Source: Octopus bimaculoides
Taxonomy: Eukaryota
Assembly: GCF_001194135.2 (NCBI RefSeq)
Contig: NC_068989.1
Span: 86,091,611 to 86,155,610 of the forward strand
Length of the DNA stretch: 64,000 nt
Reading direction: 5' to 3'
The position numbers and the translations under genes are program-made. A model generated the notes under the pieces. That model did not search any database. It was not told the DNA's origin and was given only the letters and a program-made list of their open reading frames with translations. Positions 13,965 through 25,884 of this stretch are shown in pieces. Within the stretch, counting starts at the first letter, position 1, and every line of letters starts with the position of its first letter.

Positions 13965-14751
13965 CTGGAGTAGAGAAGGCGTGTCGTTGATGAGATTGCA
14001 AATGGCAAAGAAAGGATTTTGACAAACCTAATCGATTGACTAACTGAACAATTGCTTAAATAGTTAACCAAATAACTAATAAAAATAAAGAAGTGAAATA
14101 AAACCAGTGCATGTGTTTATATTGGTATAATGATCCTCCCAAGAGAGAACAAAATATATTTCAACACACGAGTTCACATTAAGAATCAGGAGTTCACATT
14201 AAGAAATTGTTTTCCTAAAATGTGAAATCCAGTTTCATTTGAGAGGGAAAGCAGGATTCATAACCCTTGTGGGATTGGTTAAAAAGCAAGTTTCCTAGCC
14301 ACACAGATATACCTTAGGAACAATGCCAGTAGTTTTGATCGTTGGAAATGGATCGATACCATTAACCCTGGGGCTTGACTGATACTTTCTTTTACTGACC
14401 CTGAAGGATAAAAGGCAAAGTTGACCTCAACAAGATTTGAACTCAGAATGTAAAGAATTAGAACAAATACTGCTAAGCATTCTGCTTGGTACTCTGACAA
14501 CTGCCAATGCTCCATCAAATAATAGTGACTTCCAATTTTGGCACAAGGCCAGCAAGTTCGGAGGGAGGGGGTAAGTCAATTACATCGACCCCAGTGTTCA
14601 ACTGGTACTTGTTTTATTGACCCTGAAAGGATGAAGGGTAAAGTCGACCTTGGGGGAAATTTGAACTCAGAATGTAAATATGGACGAAATGCTGCTAAGC
14701 GCTTTACCCAGCATGCTACCGATTCTGCCAGCTCACTGCCTTCTCTCATCT

Positions 14752-14990
14752 AATCATCATCATCATCATCGTTTAACTTCCGCTTTCCATGCTAGCATGG
14801 GTTGGGCGATTTGACTGAGGACTGGTGAACCAGATGGCTACACCAGGCTCCAATCTGATCTGGCAGAGTTTCTACAGCTGGATGCCCTTCCTAATGCCAA
14901 CCACTCCGAGAGTGTAGTGGGTGCTTTTACGTGCCACCAGCATGAAGGCCAGTCAGGCGGTACTGGCAACGGCCATGCTCAAAATAATGC
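14752..14990 (-). mobile_element. Family C: 5'-truncated RTE 3' end
   Basis: (CAT)n gtttaac...ccatgctagcatgggttgg...ggatgcccttcctaa; other copies at about 490-800, 975-1140, 1270-1500, 4335-4705, 15567-15880, 16570-16790, 44390-44620, 44798-44970 and 63930-64000. Confidence 0.85.
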
Positions 14991-16933
14991 CTTCCCCCAT
15001 CTAATAATAACAATAAAAGTGTTCTACATAAACTGGAGACATACTAATTTGTCTTACAATAAAAAAAAAACCCAAAAGAAACAAAAAATATCTCCAAAAA
15101 GAAACGAAAAAAATTCACTAAAAGGAGAATCTTTATCATCACACAGGTCAATAGTAATCTGTATTGGAAATTTTCAATAAGCAATCAATGTATTGAATTG
15201 TGGTAGCCTTTTAGATTAGGTCTTTTGATATAATTCTTACAGACTTCTTTTTTGCACAAGGAAAAACAACACACAAAGTCATTGATAATGAAATATTATG
15301 TTAAGAGTATTTTTGTTGTTATTGTAGCACGTATTTGCAGAACGTAGTCTATCTTTTACTTTCCATTTTTTCCGATTTCTTTTGAAACCTTTCCCCTCAC
15401 ACATTTCGTAACTTACTCCTCTTAAATTCCCTTGTTCATTGCTCTTGTGACAATATTATTATTATTGAAGAACCTTTTCACTACCAAGGACCCCTTTTAT
15501 TTAAATGAGTTTTCCCATGGATCCCTTTTTAATAAGCTTATCCTCATGTGTGTGTGTGTGTGTGTGATCATCATCATCATTGTTTAACATCCACCTTCCA
15601 TGCTAGCATGGGTTGGACGATTTGACTGAGGACTGGCAAACCAGAAGGCTGTACCAGGCTCCAATCTGATCTGGCAGAGTTTCTACAGCTGGATGCCCTT
15701 CCTAAGGCCAACCACTCCAAGAGTGTAGTGGGTGCTTTTACGTGCCATTGGCACAAGGGCCAGTCAGGTGGTACTGGCAACGGCCACGCTCAAATGGTAT
15801 TTTTTACGTGCCACCTGCACAGGAGCCAGTCCAGCGGCACTGGCAACGACCTCACTTGAATGTTTTTTCACGTGCCACTGTGTATTCATCATCAGCAATG
15901 CCTGGATATTACCGTCCTGAGTCAAACTCGTGGGGCCAGTAATTTGGCTTTCATGGTACTTAAGGGTCAGAATGGGGCACCAGTCCATTGGAGGGCTACT
16001 CTTTACAGCCGAATGAACTGGAACAACATAAAAGGATGTGTTTTACTCAATAACACAATGCATTGCTCAGTCAAGGAACTGAAACCATGATTACAGGAAC
16101 GCCCTAACCACTAGGCCACACATCTTCATTTTGTGTATTAGGGTTGATATCATCAGTAATACCCTTCTCTGTAATTTATGACCTAGTACCACAGGATAAA
16201 GATTAAGCAGGAATTATTGTATCTCAAGGGTTTGGAGGAGTGGAGTGAGAAACAATCATTAAAACCCATTGACACCGTGGTTTTAAGGTTGAACATGATA
16301 GGTTGTCCTTTATGCTTTGTTGAATGAGCAAATCTACAGTTGGCAGAAATACTGGACATTAATAAGTGGCAAATCGACTGGTCTATTAAGGCTGGCTTGA
16401 AATATGTCGTAGAACATTCTGCAAAAGCAACCAGTGGGGTGAGTGTTTGCTTTCCCAATGCAAAGGACACAAAATGCAACTGATGCAGCAGACGATGTAG
16501 GTAGAAGTGCAGAAGAAGTTTGTGTACGATATGGTACTGTGACTTGGAGACAGGTGACAGTTGTCATAATCATCATCATTTAACAACACAGTTTTCCAAA
16601 CTGGCATGGGCTGGATGGTTTGACAGGAGCCGGCAAGGCCAGGAGTCGCACCAGGTTTCATTTCCTGTTTTGGCATGGTTTCTACAGCTGGATGCCCTTC
16701 TGAATGCAAACCACTTTTTAGAGTAATGGGTGGTTTTTACGCAGCGCTGGCGCCTTTCACATGGCACCAGCACTGATAGGGTCACTAAGGATCTTATGAC
16801 TATTTTAGGGTAAACACTCTTGTACTGAGGGAGCTGCAGTACTCTGTCTCTGAATGCAAGAATCAATGACTAATCAGTGGATGTCCTTTGGCTTCTTACA
16901 CCACAAACACCAGAGCTGCTTGGAGCCACTTAC

Positions 16934-17314
16934 CATTGTAGGCAACAAAACCCCTGAACAACAAGCATGAGCTTTTTGGAGTCAGATGCTGTGACACTGA
17001 GCTGGATATTTCTATCATCGTCAATGCTCATTGCTTCAAATATAGGCTACATCTGTTCCAACAATCAGCAGGGACTTGGTCAGTGAATCCTCTGCGACAG
17101 TCAACTATTATCGGCAAGATGAGCTGCTACGGATCACATTATCTCAAAGCGTGTAAGCATGTGACCAGGGACATATTGAACTTGTATTTCCACTGAAACT
17201 CCCAAACAGGACTTGATGGTTGGAGCTGGCACAACCCACTTTGAGTGAATACCACCACAAGTACAAGTCAAGTACACTGCTCAGTCTTGCTACACCACTC
17301 TTTTGTTAAATAAC
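16934..17314 (-). other. Candidate 381-nt exon with stops in all frames
   Basis: cattgtgtcattgtag acceptor and ATG|gtaagt donor. Confidence 0.3.
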
Positions 17315-17802
17315 CTACAATGACACAATGAAACGGACACACTGTTAATTAACCTATTCTAATGCTACAGAACATACGCACAGCTGAGTTCTCAGGTTAG
17401 CGTGCGCGCGCGTGTGTAGAGCAATGGCTAATGTAATAAAATTTTTGGGTGGTGTCACTCACCATTGGAAAACTAGAAAAACTTCTTACAACATATTTCA
17501 TTGATGGTTGGTGATGTAGAACCTCAGTGATACGTCTGATTATGATCACACACACACACACACACAAACATAAGCAGTGATTGTGACTGTGCCAATATAT
17601 ACATACACACATATATTGTGTATCAAAGGGGGAAGTGTGGGGATAGGCTGTTGGTAATTCACACAATGTGTCTGTTATGCTAGAAATGGACTGGTGATTG
17701 AGGTGATGAACATAATGATGTACTGGTGGTGGTGGTGGTGGTGGTAGCCAGAGGGGGAAAGTGGTTATGCTGTTGCATTCATTTACTCTCAATCCCCCAT
17801 AC

Positions 17803-17896
17803 GTTGTCTAACATATCAACCAAAATGTCTTTATCCAACGTCACAGACATCTCCTCCTCTTTCTTCTCCCAACTGAAGAAGGACAGATTGAAGTTT
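17803..17896 (-). other. Candidate exon (NFNLSFFSWEKKEEEMSVTLDKDILVDMLDN)
   Basis: cattgtgtcattgcag acceptor, AAC|gtatgg donor, one open frame, non-repetitive. Confidence 0.35.
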
Positions 17897-18354
17897 CTGC
17901 AATGACACAATGAATGCATTCATTAGGTATGTATGTGTGTAGAGTCATTGTCAGTCCATGTGTGCGTGTTTGTATTTGTGAGAGTGTGTATAAGTATAGA
18001 TTGGGTTATATGAATCAATGTGTGTGTGTGTGTGTGTGTCAATAGATATGTGTAATAGTCCTGTTGAACTGTTGTCAGCATAGAGAAACCAGATGTTAAT
18101 ACAACAATGACTGAGCATCTAGTGACCACTTGGTCTGCAAGAAACTACAGGCAAATCTCCCTCAAATAACACCCTAGTGTCAGATAAGAAAAAAGGACAC
18201 ATTAGATAATGTAGTCCCAGATACACTAATTAAGAAAACCACAGGATGTTCATCAGAGTTGATATGTTGGGTGATAGCTCCACTGGATTAGTGAAGACTA
18301 GGAATTAATGACTACAGTTCAAACTGTTAGAAATAGCAGCCAAGTACCTTATCT

Positions 18355-19390
18355 TTTCTTTCAGTCATTAGACTGTCGTCTAGCTGGAGTACCGCCTTCA
18401 AGAATTTTAGCCAAACAAATTGGCCCCATTTGGGGTTTTTTAGTTTAGTTTTTTTTTAAAGCTTGGTACTTATTTTATCATTCTGTTTTACCAAACTGCT
18501 AAGTTACAGGGAATGTAAACACATCAATACCAGTTATCAAGTGGTGGGACACACACACACACACACACATAATGGGTTTCTTTTAGTTTCTGTCTTCCAA
18601 ATCCACTCACAAGACTGGTTGGCCTGAGGCTATAGAAGACACTTGCCCAAGGTGCCAGGCAGTGGGACTGAACTCGGAACCATGTGGTTGGGAAGCAAAC
18701 TTCTTACCACACAGCCATTTTAGCACCTATACTTTGAAACCATAAGCTACTCTCTTAAAAAAAACAAAACAAAAGGACACATTGGATAATGTAGTCTTAG
18801 ATACACTGTGACTGATTTAAAAGACAGGATGGTCACGGCCTAGTACCCTTGATCATAGGTTTGTTGAATAAGGGCTACTGACCAAAGCTGAAATAACAAT
18901 AAAGGAGTTGAAAACAATGGTGTTCATGAATGTATACATACATATATNNNNNNNNNNNNNNNNNNNNNNNNNNNNNNNNNNNNNNNNNNNNNNNNNNNNN
19001 NNNNNNNNNNNNNNNNNNNNNNNNNNNNNNNNNNNNNNNNNNNNNNNNNNNNNNNNNNNNNNNNNNNNNNNNNNNNNNNNNNNNNNNNNNNNNNNNNGGT
19101 TTTTTAGTTTAGTTTTTTTTTAAAGCTTGGTACTTATTTTATCATTCTGTTTTACCAAACTGCTAAGTTACAGGGAATGTAAACACATCAATACCAGTTA
19201 TCAAGTGGTGGGACACACACACACACACACACATAATGGGTTTCTTTTAGTTTCTGTCTTCCAAATCCACTCACAAGACTGGTTGGCCTGAGGCTATAGA
19301 AGACACTTGCCCAAGGTGCCACGCAGTGGGACTGAACCCGGAACCATGTGGTTGATAAGCAAGCTACTTACCACACAGCCACTCCTGTGC
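18355..19390 (-). mobile_element. SINE family A copies around a gap (partly duplicated)
   Basis: Tail and head segments at 18355-18730 and 19098-19390. Confidence 0.7.
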
Positions 19391-20565
19391 ACTTAATGTC
19401 TACATGTATTTAGGAAACATGGAGCATAAGAAAGGTCCACTGTGGAATGAGGTGGTGGTGGTGGTTGCTACGGTGGAAATGGTGACGGCAGCGATGACGA
19501 TGATGATGGCAAGAACAATAATAGCAATGATGACAAATGACAAAACCATACACAAAAAAACATATCTGCACAAACACCTGCACATCCATATATGTCTATA
19601 TTACATAGATACACGCAAATTATAGACAGGTACACATGCACTTACAAGCTCACGTACACACACACACATGTATAGATGCATGTACTCATACTCTCTCTCT
19701 CTCTCTCTCTCACACACACATGTAGTATAGCAGACAGGGAAATGCTAAAATAAAGTTTCCATCTGTTGTGAATCTCACAACTGACAGAACCACCACCACC
19801 ACCGCCGCCGTGTGTGTGGCCGAACACAGCTACACACACACAATGTTCACTCAGTCATCCAACATCAACTGATGCTATTTTTATTGTAAACATCAATGTC
19901 ACATCAATGCAATATAATACTGCATACACGCACTATATATGTGTATATATATGTGTGTATATATGTCAGTTTGTGCGCATGTGTACATATGTGTGTATAT
20001 GTAGGTGTCTAAACGAAACTGATAAGATGAAAGAAAACTCATTAAATATATAGAATATAATGAAGACTGTGTGTGTGTGAGAGCAAGGAGGTGAGTGTAC
20101 AAGGGAGTGTGGGTGTGCGACTGAATGAGTGAGTGAGTGAGACTGTGTAAAGGGTTCATGAATGTGTGTGATGTGTGTGTGTGCATAAATCTGGTTGTAA
20201 GTGTGCGTGTGTACATGTTTAACTGAGATCAGCCAGAAAAATTTACAACTCATGGTTTGTCTAAGTAACTCTCGGACAAATTGGCAGAGTGAAATTTCAT
20301 CCTTCAGTAAGTAAACAGAAATCTGAGTGCTGTAGGTGTGGCTGAACAGATCTACAATTGATGGCAATCCAACTGTGGCCATCCTGTCATTTTGCATATC
20401 TGGGACTGCAATGTCCATTCAAGATGGTAGGGTGTGAGTAGTGGAGAGATACAGCTATAAATTTTTTAACAGTGCACTAACTGACCAACTAGTAGAGGCT
20501 CATTGCATGCCAGTGAGGATTTGGTGATGGTAACAGGACAAAGAGTTCCAACATATTAACCAAAC

Positions 20566-20966
20566 AGGCGCAGGAGTGGCTGTGTGGTAAGTAACTTGCT
20601 TACCAACCACATAGTTCTGGGTTCAGTCCCACTGCATGGCACCTTGGGCAAGTGTTTTCTACTATAGCCTTGGGCCGACCAAAGCCTTGTGAGTGGATTT
20701 GGTAGATGGAAACTAAAAGAAGCCCGTCGTATATATATGTATATATATGTGTATGTGTGTTTGTGTGTCTGTATTTGTCACCCCAACATCGCTTGACAAC
20801 AGATGCTGGTGTGTTTAGGTCCCCGTAACTTAGCGGTTCGGCAAAAGAGACCGATAGAATAAGTACTAGGCTTACAAAGAATAAGTCCTGGGGTCGATTT
20901 GCTCAACTAAAGGCGATGCTCCAGCATGGCCGCAGTCAAATGACTGAAACAAGTAAAAGAGTAAAA
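20566..20966 (+). mobile_element. SINE family A, full length
   Basis: Colinear with 11861-12256. Confidence 0.88.
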
Positions 20967-21374
20967 ATGCCGTTTTCAGGGTTTTTTGTTTCTTTTTTTA
21001 GCTGAGAAAGATTTAATTTGCTAAATTTAAGATATTTATTTAGTGAGTTCATTTGTCCATTTTTGCCTTTGGTCATTTTTAATTTTTTATGTCCATTTTT
21101 CTATGCAGGTAAGGGTTAGATGAGTATATTGTTGAACCAATGTTTCACAATCAGATGTCATTCCCGTTGCTAACCTTTACCTGCTTTTCAAGTAAGAGGA
21201 ACTCTTATTCCACATGTTTTTAAAGGTGCAAACAAAGCCAGCAGATGAGCTGTTGACAGGTGACATGATAATGACGCCGTGTATAGCTCAGTGATTTTTG
21301 GAGAAGTGCAAATATAAACATACATATACACATATGCGAATGGATTTGGTAGGCAAAAACTGAGAGAAGCCAGA

Positions 21375-21450
21375 TGAATTATTTTTAGAATGACAATGTA
21401 GGACTGGTGTAAGAGGCCAGATCTAGCCACTTTAAATGCTGAAAGGTTAA
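21375..21450. mobile_element. Right end of a TTAA (piggyBac-like) MITE
   Basis: Ends aaatgctgaaaggttaa; resembles a common octopus MITE end as I recall it. Confidence 0.45.
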
Positions 21451-21899
21451 TCCCCCTCATAAGCAACCTAAGGCCTGCAGGATTATCTAAAGGACATGCC
21501 TAACAAAAAATTACCTTGAAATTTTTTTAGTAATGTAGCTCACCTGATGATGAGTCATATCTCATGCAGTCCACTTCTTGAAAGAGTTGTCCATGCCTGG
21601 TTTAAATCTGGTTAAACCCCTTAGAAGCCAAGTTTCACTGCCCCTCACCATTTATGTATTTTCATGGAGATATCATCACCTTCAAGATTTCACTTTAAAA
21701 AACTCCCTACCCTCGTTTACCTACAGAACAGAGGCAAAACTTCACACTGTTACTTTGAACCTTGTCATAGTTAAATCCTCATCCATCACAGAAAACATAC
21801 CATATTAGAATGTATGATGTGGACATCACAAGCTGTATAGCATGAAGCCTTCCAAATAAAAACCGATACGAAAGATGCAGGTTGCTCTTTGCTACCCTC

Positions 21900-22745
21900 T
21901 CCTCACATGGGACAAATTCTCTGGCATTGCTGGTATCTTGAAGAACATAGGTAGCAGTCCATGATGTGATTGTAAAAGGAGGGACAATAAGAATATTGAT
22001 GCAAAGATATTCTCTGAAATAAATATAATACTAGGTAAACTAGAACATATGTTGGTCAGTCATGTAGTACAAAAGGGGATCACTCCCAACAACTGCCATT
22101 ATGTTATTAACTGCTGCAAAGACAAAGAAAATGTTCTGAGAAGAAGCAACTATAGAGGCACCAAACTGATGGACCAATTAATAAAATCAACAGAAACAGT
22201 TATAGCACAACTAATTAGGAAAAACCGTTTAGATGAAATATAGTTTAGGTATGTACCAGGGTGGAGTAGCACTATTGTATTCTTTCTGAGATACTACAAA
22301 AACAGATTCTCAGAAAGGATTAAGCCATTATACTTAGTATTCATAGACTTGGAAAGGTCCTTTAATTGAATACTATGCGCTGTAATCTGGTGCCGACTAA
22401 TAAAACTAAGCGGAGATGAATGGCACATCAGAGCAGTACAAACTATGTAGAGTGATGTTGGAAGTTAAGTAAGAGTTGGTAATGAATGAAGCAAGATTTA
22501 GCATGTAGATAGGTGCCCATCAAGGATTGGCTTTCAATACCTTCCTGTTAACATAGTAGAGGAGTTTAATAGTGGCTATCCATGAGAACTTCTGTATGCC
22601 AATGACCTAGTTCTCATAGCTGAATAAAAAGACAAATTCCAAATGTGGAAGGGAAACCCAGAATCAAGGTAGCCTTAAACTTAGCAACGCCAAGGTTTAA
22701 CAAGCAAAAAAAAGGACATAACACAGTTGCCATCTACAAAGTGGG
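21900..22745 (+). mobile_element. Decayed RTE-clade LINE, reverse transcriptase region
   Basis: NYRGTKLMD...RLDEI*F...KPLYLVFIDLERSFN matches RTE RT (NYRGIKL, KPLYxAFVDLEKAFD); stops and frameshifts present. Confidence 0.88.
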
Positions 22746-23304
22746 CATATATCATCATCATCATCATCCAGTGTTTTAAATCCGGGTTTTGTCCCTGTTA
22801 ATGGGGGTGGCTGGATTTACCTCAACGCCATAGCAACCGAGGTAGGCAGGTGTAGCCCACCCCGACCTTTGAGCTGGCTGGTACCCATTCTCCTTTGCTA
22901 TCATGAGGCTTTTTTGGAGCTGGATTTTCTATGGGGAGCATGCACTTGCTTACCCCCAATCTCAGTTTTTAGACATGAGTGGTCCCAAGACCAAGGCTTC
23001 TACCATGATTTTTAAGAAATGTGGTAGAAAACTAGCTCAGGAAGGCAGGGATGCTACTCCCTGAGAACCCTTTCAGAGCCCCACCTACCTATGATATGTA
23101 AAATAGGAGGAGATGGGAATGCTCTACAGTATCCAATGTAACTATGGATACGTAAGAGATGTAGAGAGACCACAGGGAGATTAGTAGAGAAGACATATAT
23201 TGTAGATGCATAGGGGACGCTGGTAATAAAGTTACCCATAAAACAAATTCTTTCATTTATTTGGAAGATTCCAAAGAAGTTAGTAGCTTCTGTCACCTAG
23301 ATCG

Positions 23305-23683
23305 TTGTGGCATCCCGTTGGTTACGACGACGAAGGTTCCAGTTGATTCGATCAATGGAACAGCCTGCTCGTGAAATTAACGTGCAAGTGGCTGAGCACT
23401 CCACAGACACGTGTACCCTTAACGTAGTTCTCGGGGATATTCAGCATGACACAGTGTGACAAGGCTGGCCCTTTGAATTACAGGCACAACAGAAACAGGA
23501 AGTAAGAGTGAGAGAAAGTTGTGGTGAAAGCGTACAGCAGGGTTTGCCACCACTCCCTGCCGAAACCTCGTGGAACTTTAGGTGTTTTCGCTCAATAAAC
23601 ACTCACAACGCCCGGTCTGGGAATCAAAACCGTGATCCTATGACCGCGAGTCTGCTGCCCTAACCACTGGGCCATTGCGCCTC
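23305..23683 (-). mobile_element. SINE family D, inserted within the RTE LINE
   Basis: Full-length colinear match to 1-365. Confidence 0.85.
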
Positions 23684-23689
23684 CATATC

Positions 23690-24245
23690 ACCAAGGTAAA
23701 CAAATCAACAATGAAGATTTCAAAAGCACAGTAACTAGAGTAAGAACAAGGTGGAAAAAGTTTAGGGTGCTTTTACATCTGCTGGCAACAAATTGATTTT
23801 CTCTCTTAGCAAAGGGCAGAATGCATGATGCTTGTGCATGAAGTGTAATACTGCATGGTAGCAAAATATGGGCATTGAATGCAGATGTGCTAAGTCTGGA
23901 AAGAAATGAGGTAAGCATGCTCTATATAGGATGTGTTAAGTTAGGATGCATGAACAATGGAGCACAAATGAACTGAGAGAAGGATTGTGCATAAGAGGGA
24001 TCAAATGTGTGCAAGGGAGGAGACAGAGGTAGTCTAGAGAAGTGATGTGGATGAAGGATAACTGCCAGGTAAATTTTGCCAAGTGATCCAAGTGGGAGGG
24101 TGAGGGAAGACAGGTGAAGAAATCATTAAAGGTGATCTCAGGAAGTTGAACCTCATTAAGCTGATGACCAAGTGGCAAAGCATTGTGTTGGAGAACACTT
24201 GTCCAAACTATGGGAAAATGAGTGGAAAAGGATAAATATGAAGAC
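23690..24245 (+). mobile_element. Decayed RTE LINE 3' part, probably the same element as 21900-22745 split by insertions
   Basis: RVRTRWKKFR..LL, KGRMHDACA*SVILHGSKIWAL correspond to the RTE C-terminal region. Confidence 0.82.
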
Positions 24246-25838
24246 ACACATAAACCTGAATTAAGACCAACACAGTTTTATGTGCCACTGAGTGTATGTA
24301 TATATGACACACACACACACACACACACACTGTATAAGATGTGAAGGAAAAAAAAAGAAAAAAGCAGTGCTATGATGATGTTGGTGATGAAAGAAATCAA
24401 AATAGACTGTATGTGTGTTAATGATATTACCGGTGATAACTTCAGGGTTAGAGGTGGCGTGAACAAGGTGTGTATGGAATTTACGTCTATCCCTGGCAGT
24501 CTAAATATCAATAAGGTTTTATCTGTATTCTTTATCTGTTTATCAATCTTTGGTACACAAATATACAGTCACTCATACATACACAGATTCACACACACAC
24601 ACACACACGTACTTACGTTCACACATCGCTGTTACTATTCATCTTTTGTGTATGTGTAGTATTTCATGTGTAAATACCAAATAGATGAATAGATGGAGAT
24701 AACATGCATAGATTGATTAAAAGGATGGTAGAAAGTACGGGCACACAGTACACACACACACACACACACACAAGGTGTGTATTATGTATCTGTGCGTATG
24801 TGTATATGCGTGCATGTATGTGCGGGCACACACATGGACACTGCAACCAAATAATGGAAGCCGGGAGTCAGATAGGAACGACAAGTAACTCGGCATAAAG
24901 GCATTTTACACAGCAATCAATCAACAAAGTGTGTTTGACACATAGAAACAATGGCACATACATATACACAACGAGACACATACACACACAATGAGACACG
25001 TATTTATATACACAATGGTATCAGCTATTTCATCAATTACATAGATGACTTGCTTAACTAAAAGTACCAACCAAGGCAGATGGAATCACAGATCAACCAA
25101 ACGGATAAGGAAGCGTGAGAGTGTATATAGATAAGGGGTGGGGCAGCGTTTTATCTATATATCTATCCCAACATCATCATCATGATTAACATCGTCGCTA
25201 GAACAGTATTTAAATTCGAAAAGAAACTAGTCAGGCGGCCACAAAGTCGGGGAGCAGTTCCACAAATGTTAACTGCCTTAAAACGATCCCTGAATTTGTG
25301 GCAACGTAATGCACAATAATTGAGAAAGGAGGGGGGAAGGTGGCAGCGGCGGCGGCGGCAATGGTAGCACTGACAGAAGATGAAGAAAGTAAGAAAGAAA
25401 TAGAAGAAAGAAGAAGCAGAGGGGAGAAGGAGGGTGTAGGCGGAGGTGAAGGAGAGGGAAAGAAAGAATGCAATTTTGAGAAACGAGAGAGAGAGAGTAA
25501 AAAACAATAAGAAGATGAAATGGAGATTTGAGAGGATGGAGAGAGTTACAAGCGGCAAAGGTGTGAATCAGGACGATGAACACACACACACACAAAAGAT
25601 ACTAGTTTATACAAATATTTCTCTACATAATTATACACATACATACACATATTTCCCTAACATACTCAGTACACAAACACACACACACACACACACTACA
25701 GAAACGTTACAATTCTACTCTTATATTACACAAACATATGTACATCTTGTACTTATAAACACATACTAACATAAGAACTTCCTGAAACAGACACACCTTT
25801 AACAAATGCGAGCTTGTATGTGCGTGTGCGTGTGCGTG

Positions 25839-25884
<46 letters not shown>

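Noticed and set aside
18434-19321. Identical 224-bp direct duplication (18434-18657 and 19098-19321)
   Set aside because: The second copy starts exactly at an N gap and lies within a SINE; most likely an assembly artefact.
17803-20418. Resemblance of FFSWEKKEEEMSVTLD and CKFFWL to CASTOR/GATS ACT-domain motifs
   Set aside because: The matches are short and low in identity, and other conserved CASTOR blocks are absent; no gene name can be supported.
19966-20418. 150-aa minus-strand ORF (MDIAVPDMQNDR...)
   Set aside because: More than half is (CA)n-derived; no convincing donor or homology for the unique part.
21061-21184. Apparent recursive splice site (polypyrimidine-CAG|GTAAG at 21108/21109) on the + strand
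   Set aside because: gcaggtaagggtta is mirrored by taacctttacctgc at 21171-21184, an inverted pair resembling TTAA-type transposon ends. This also weakens the minus-strand donor at 21181.
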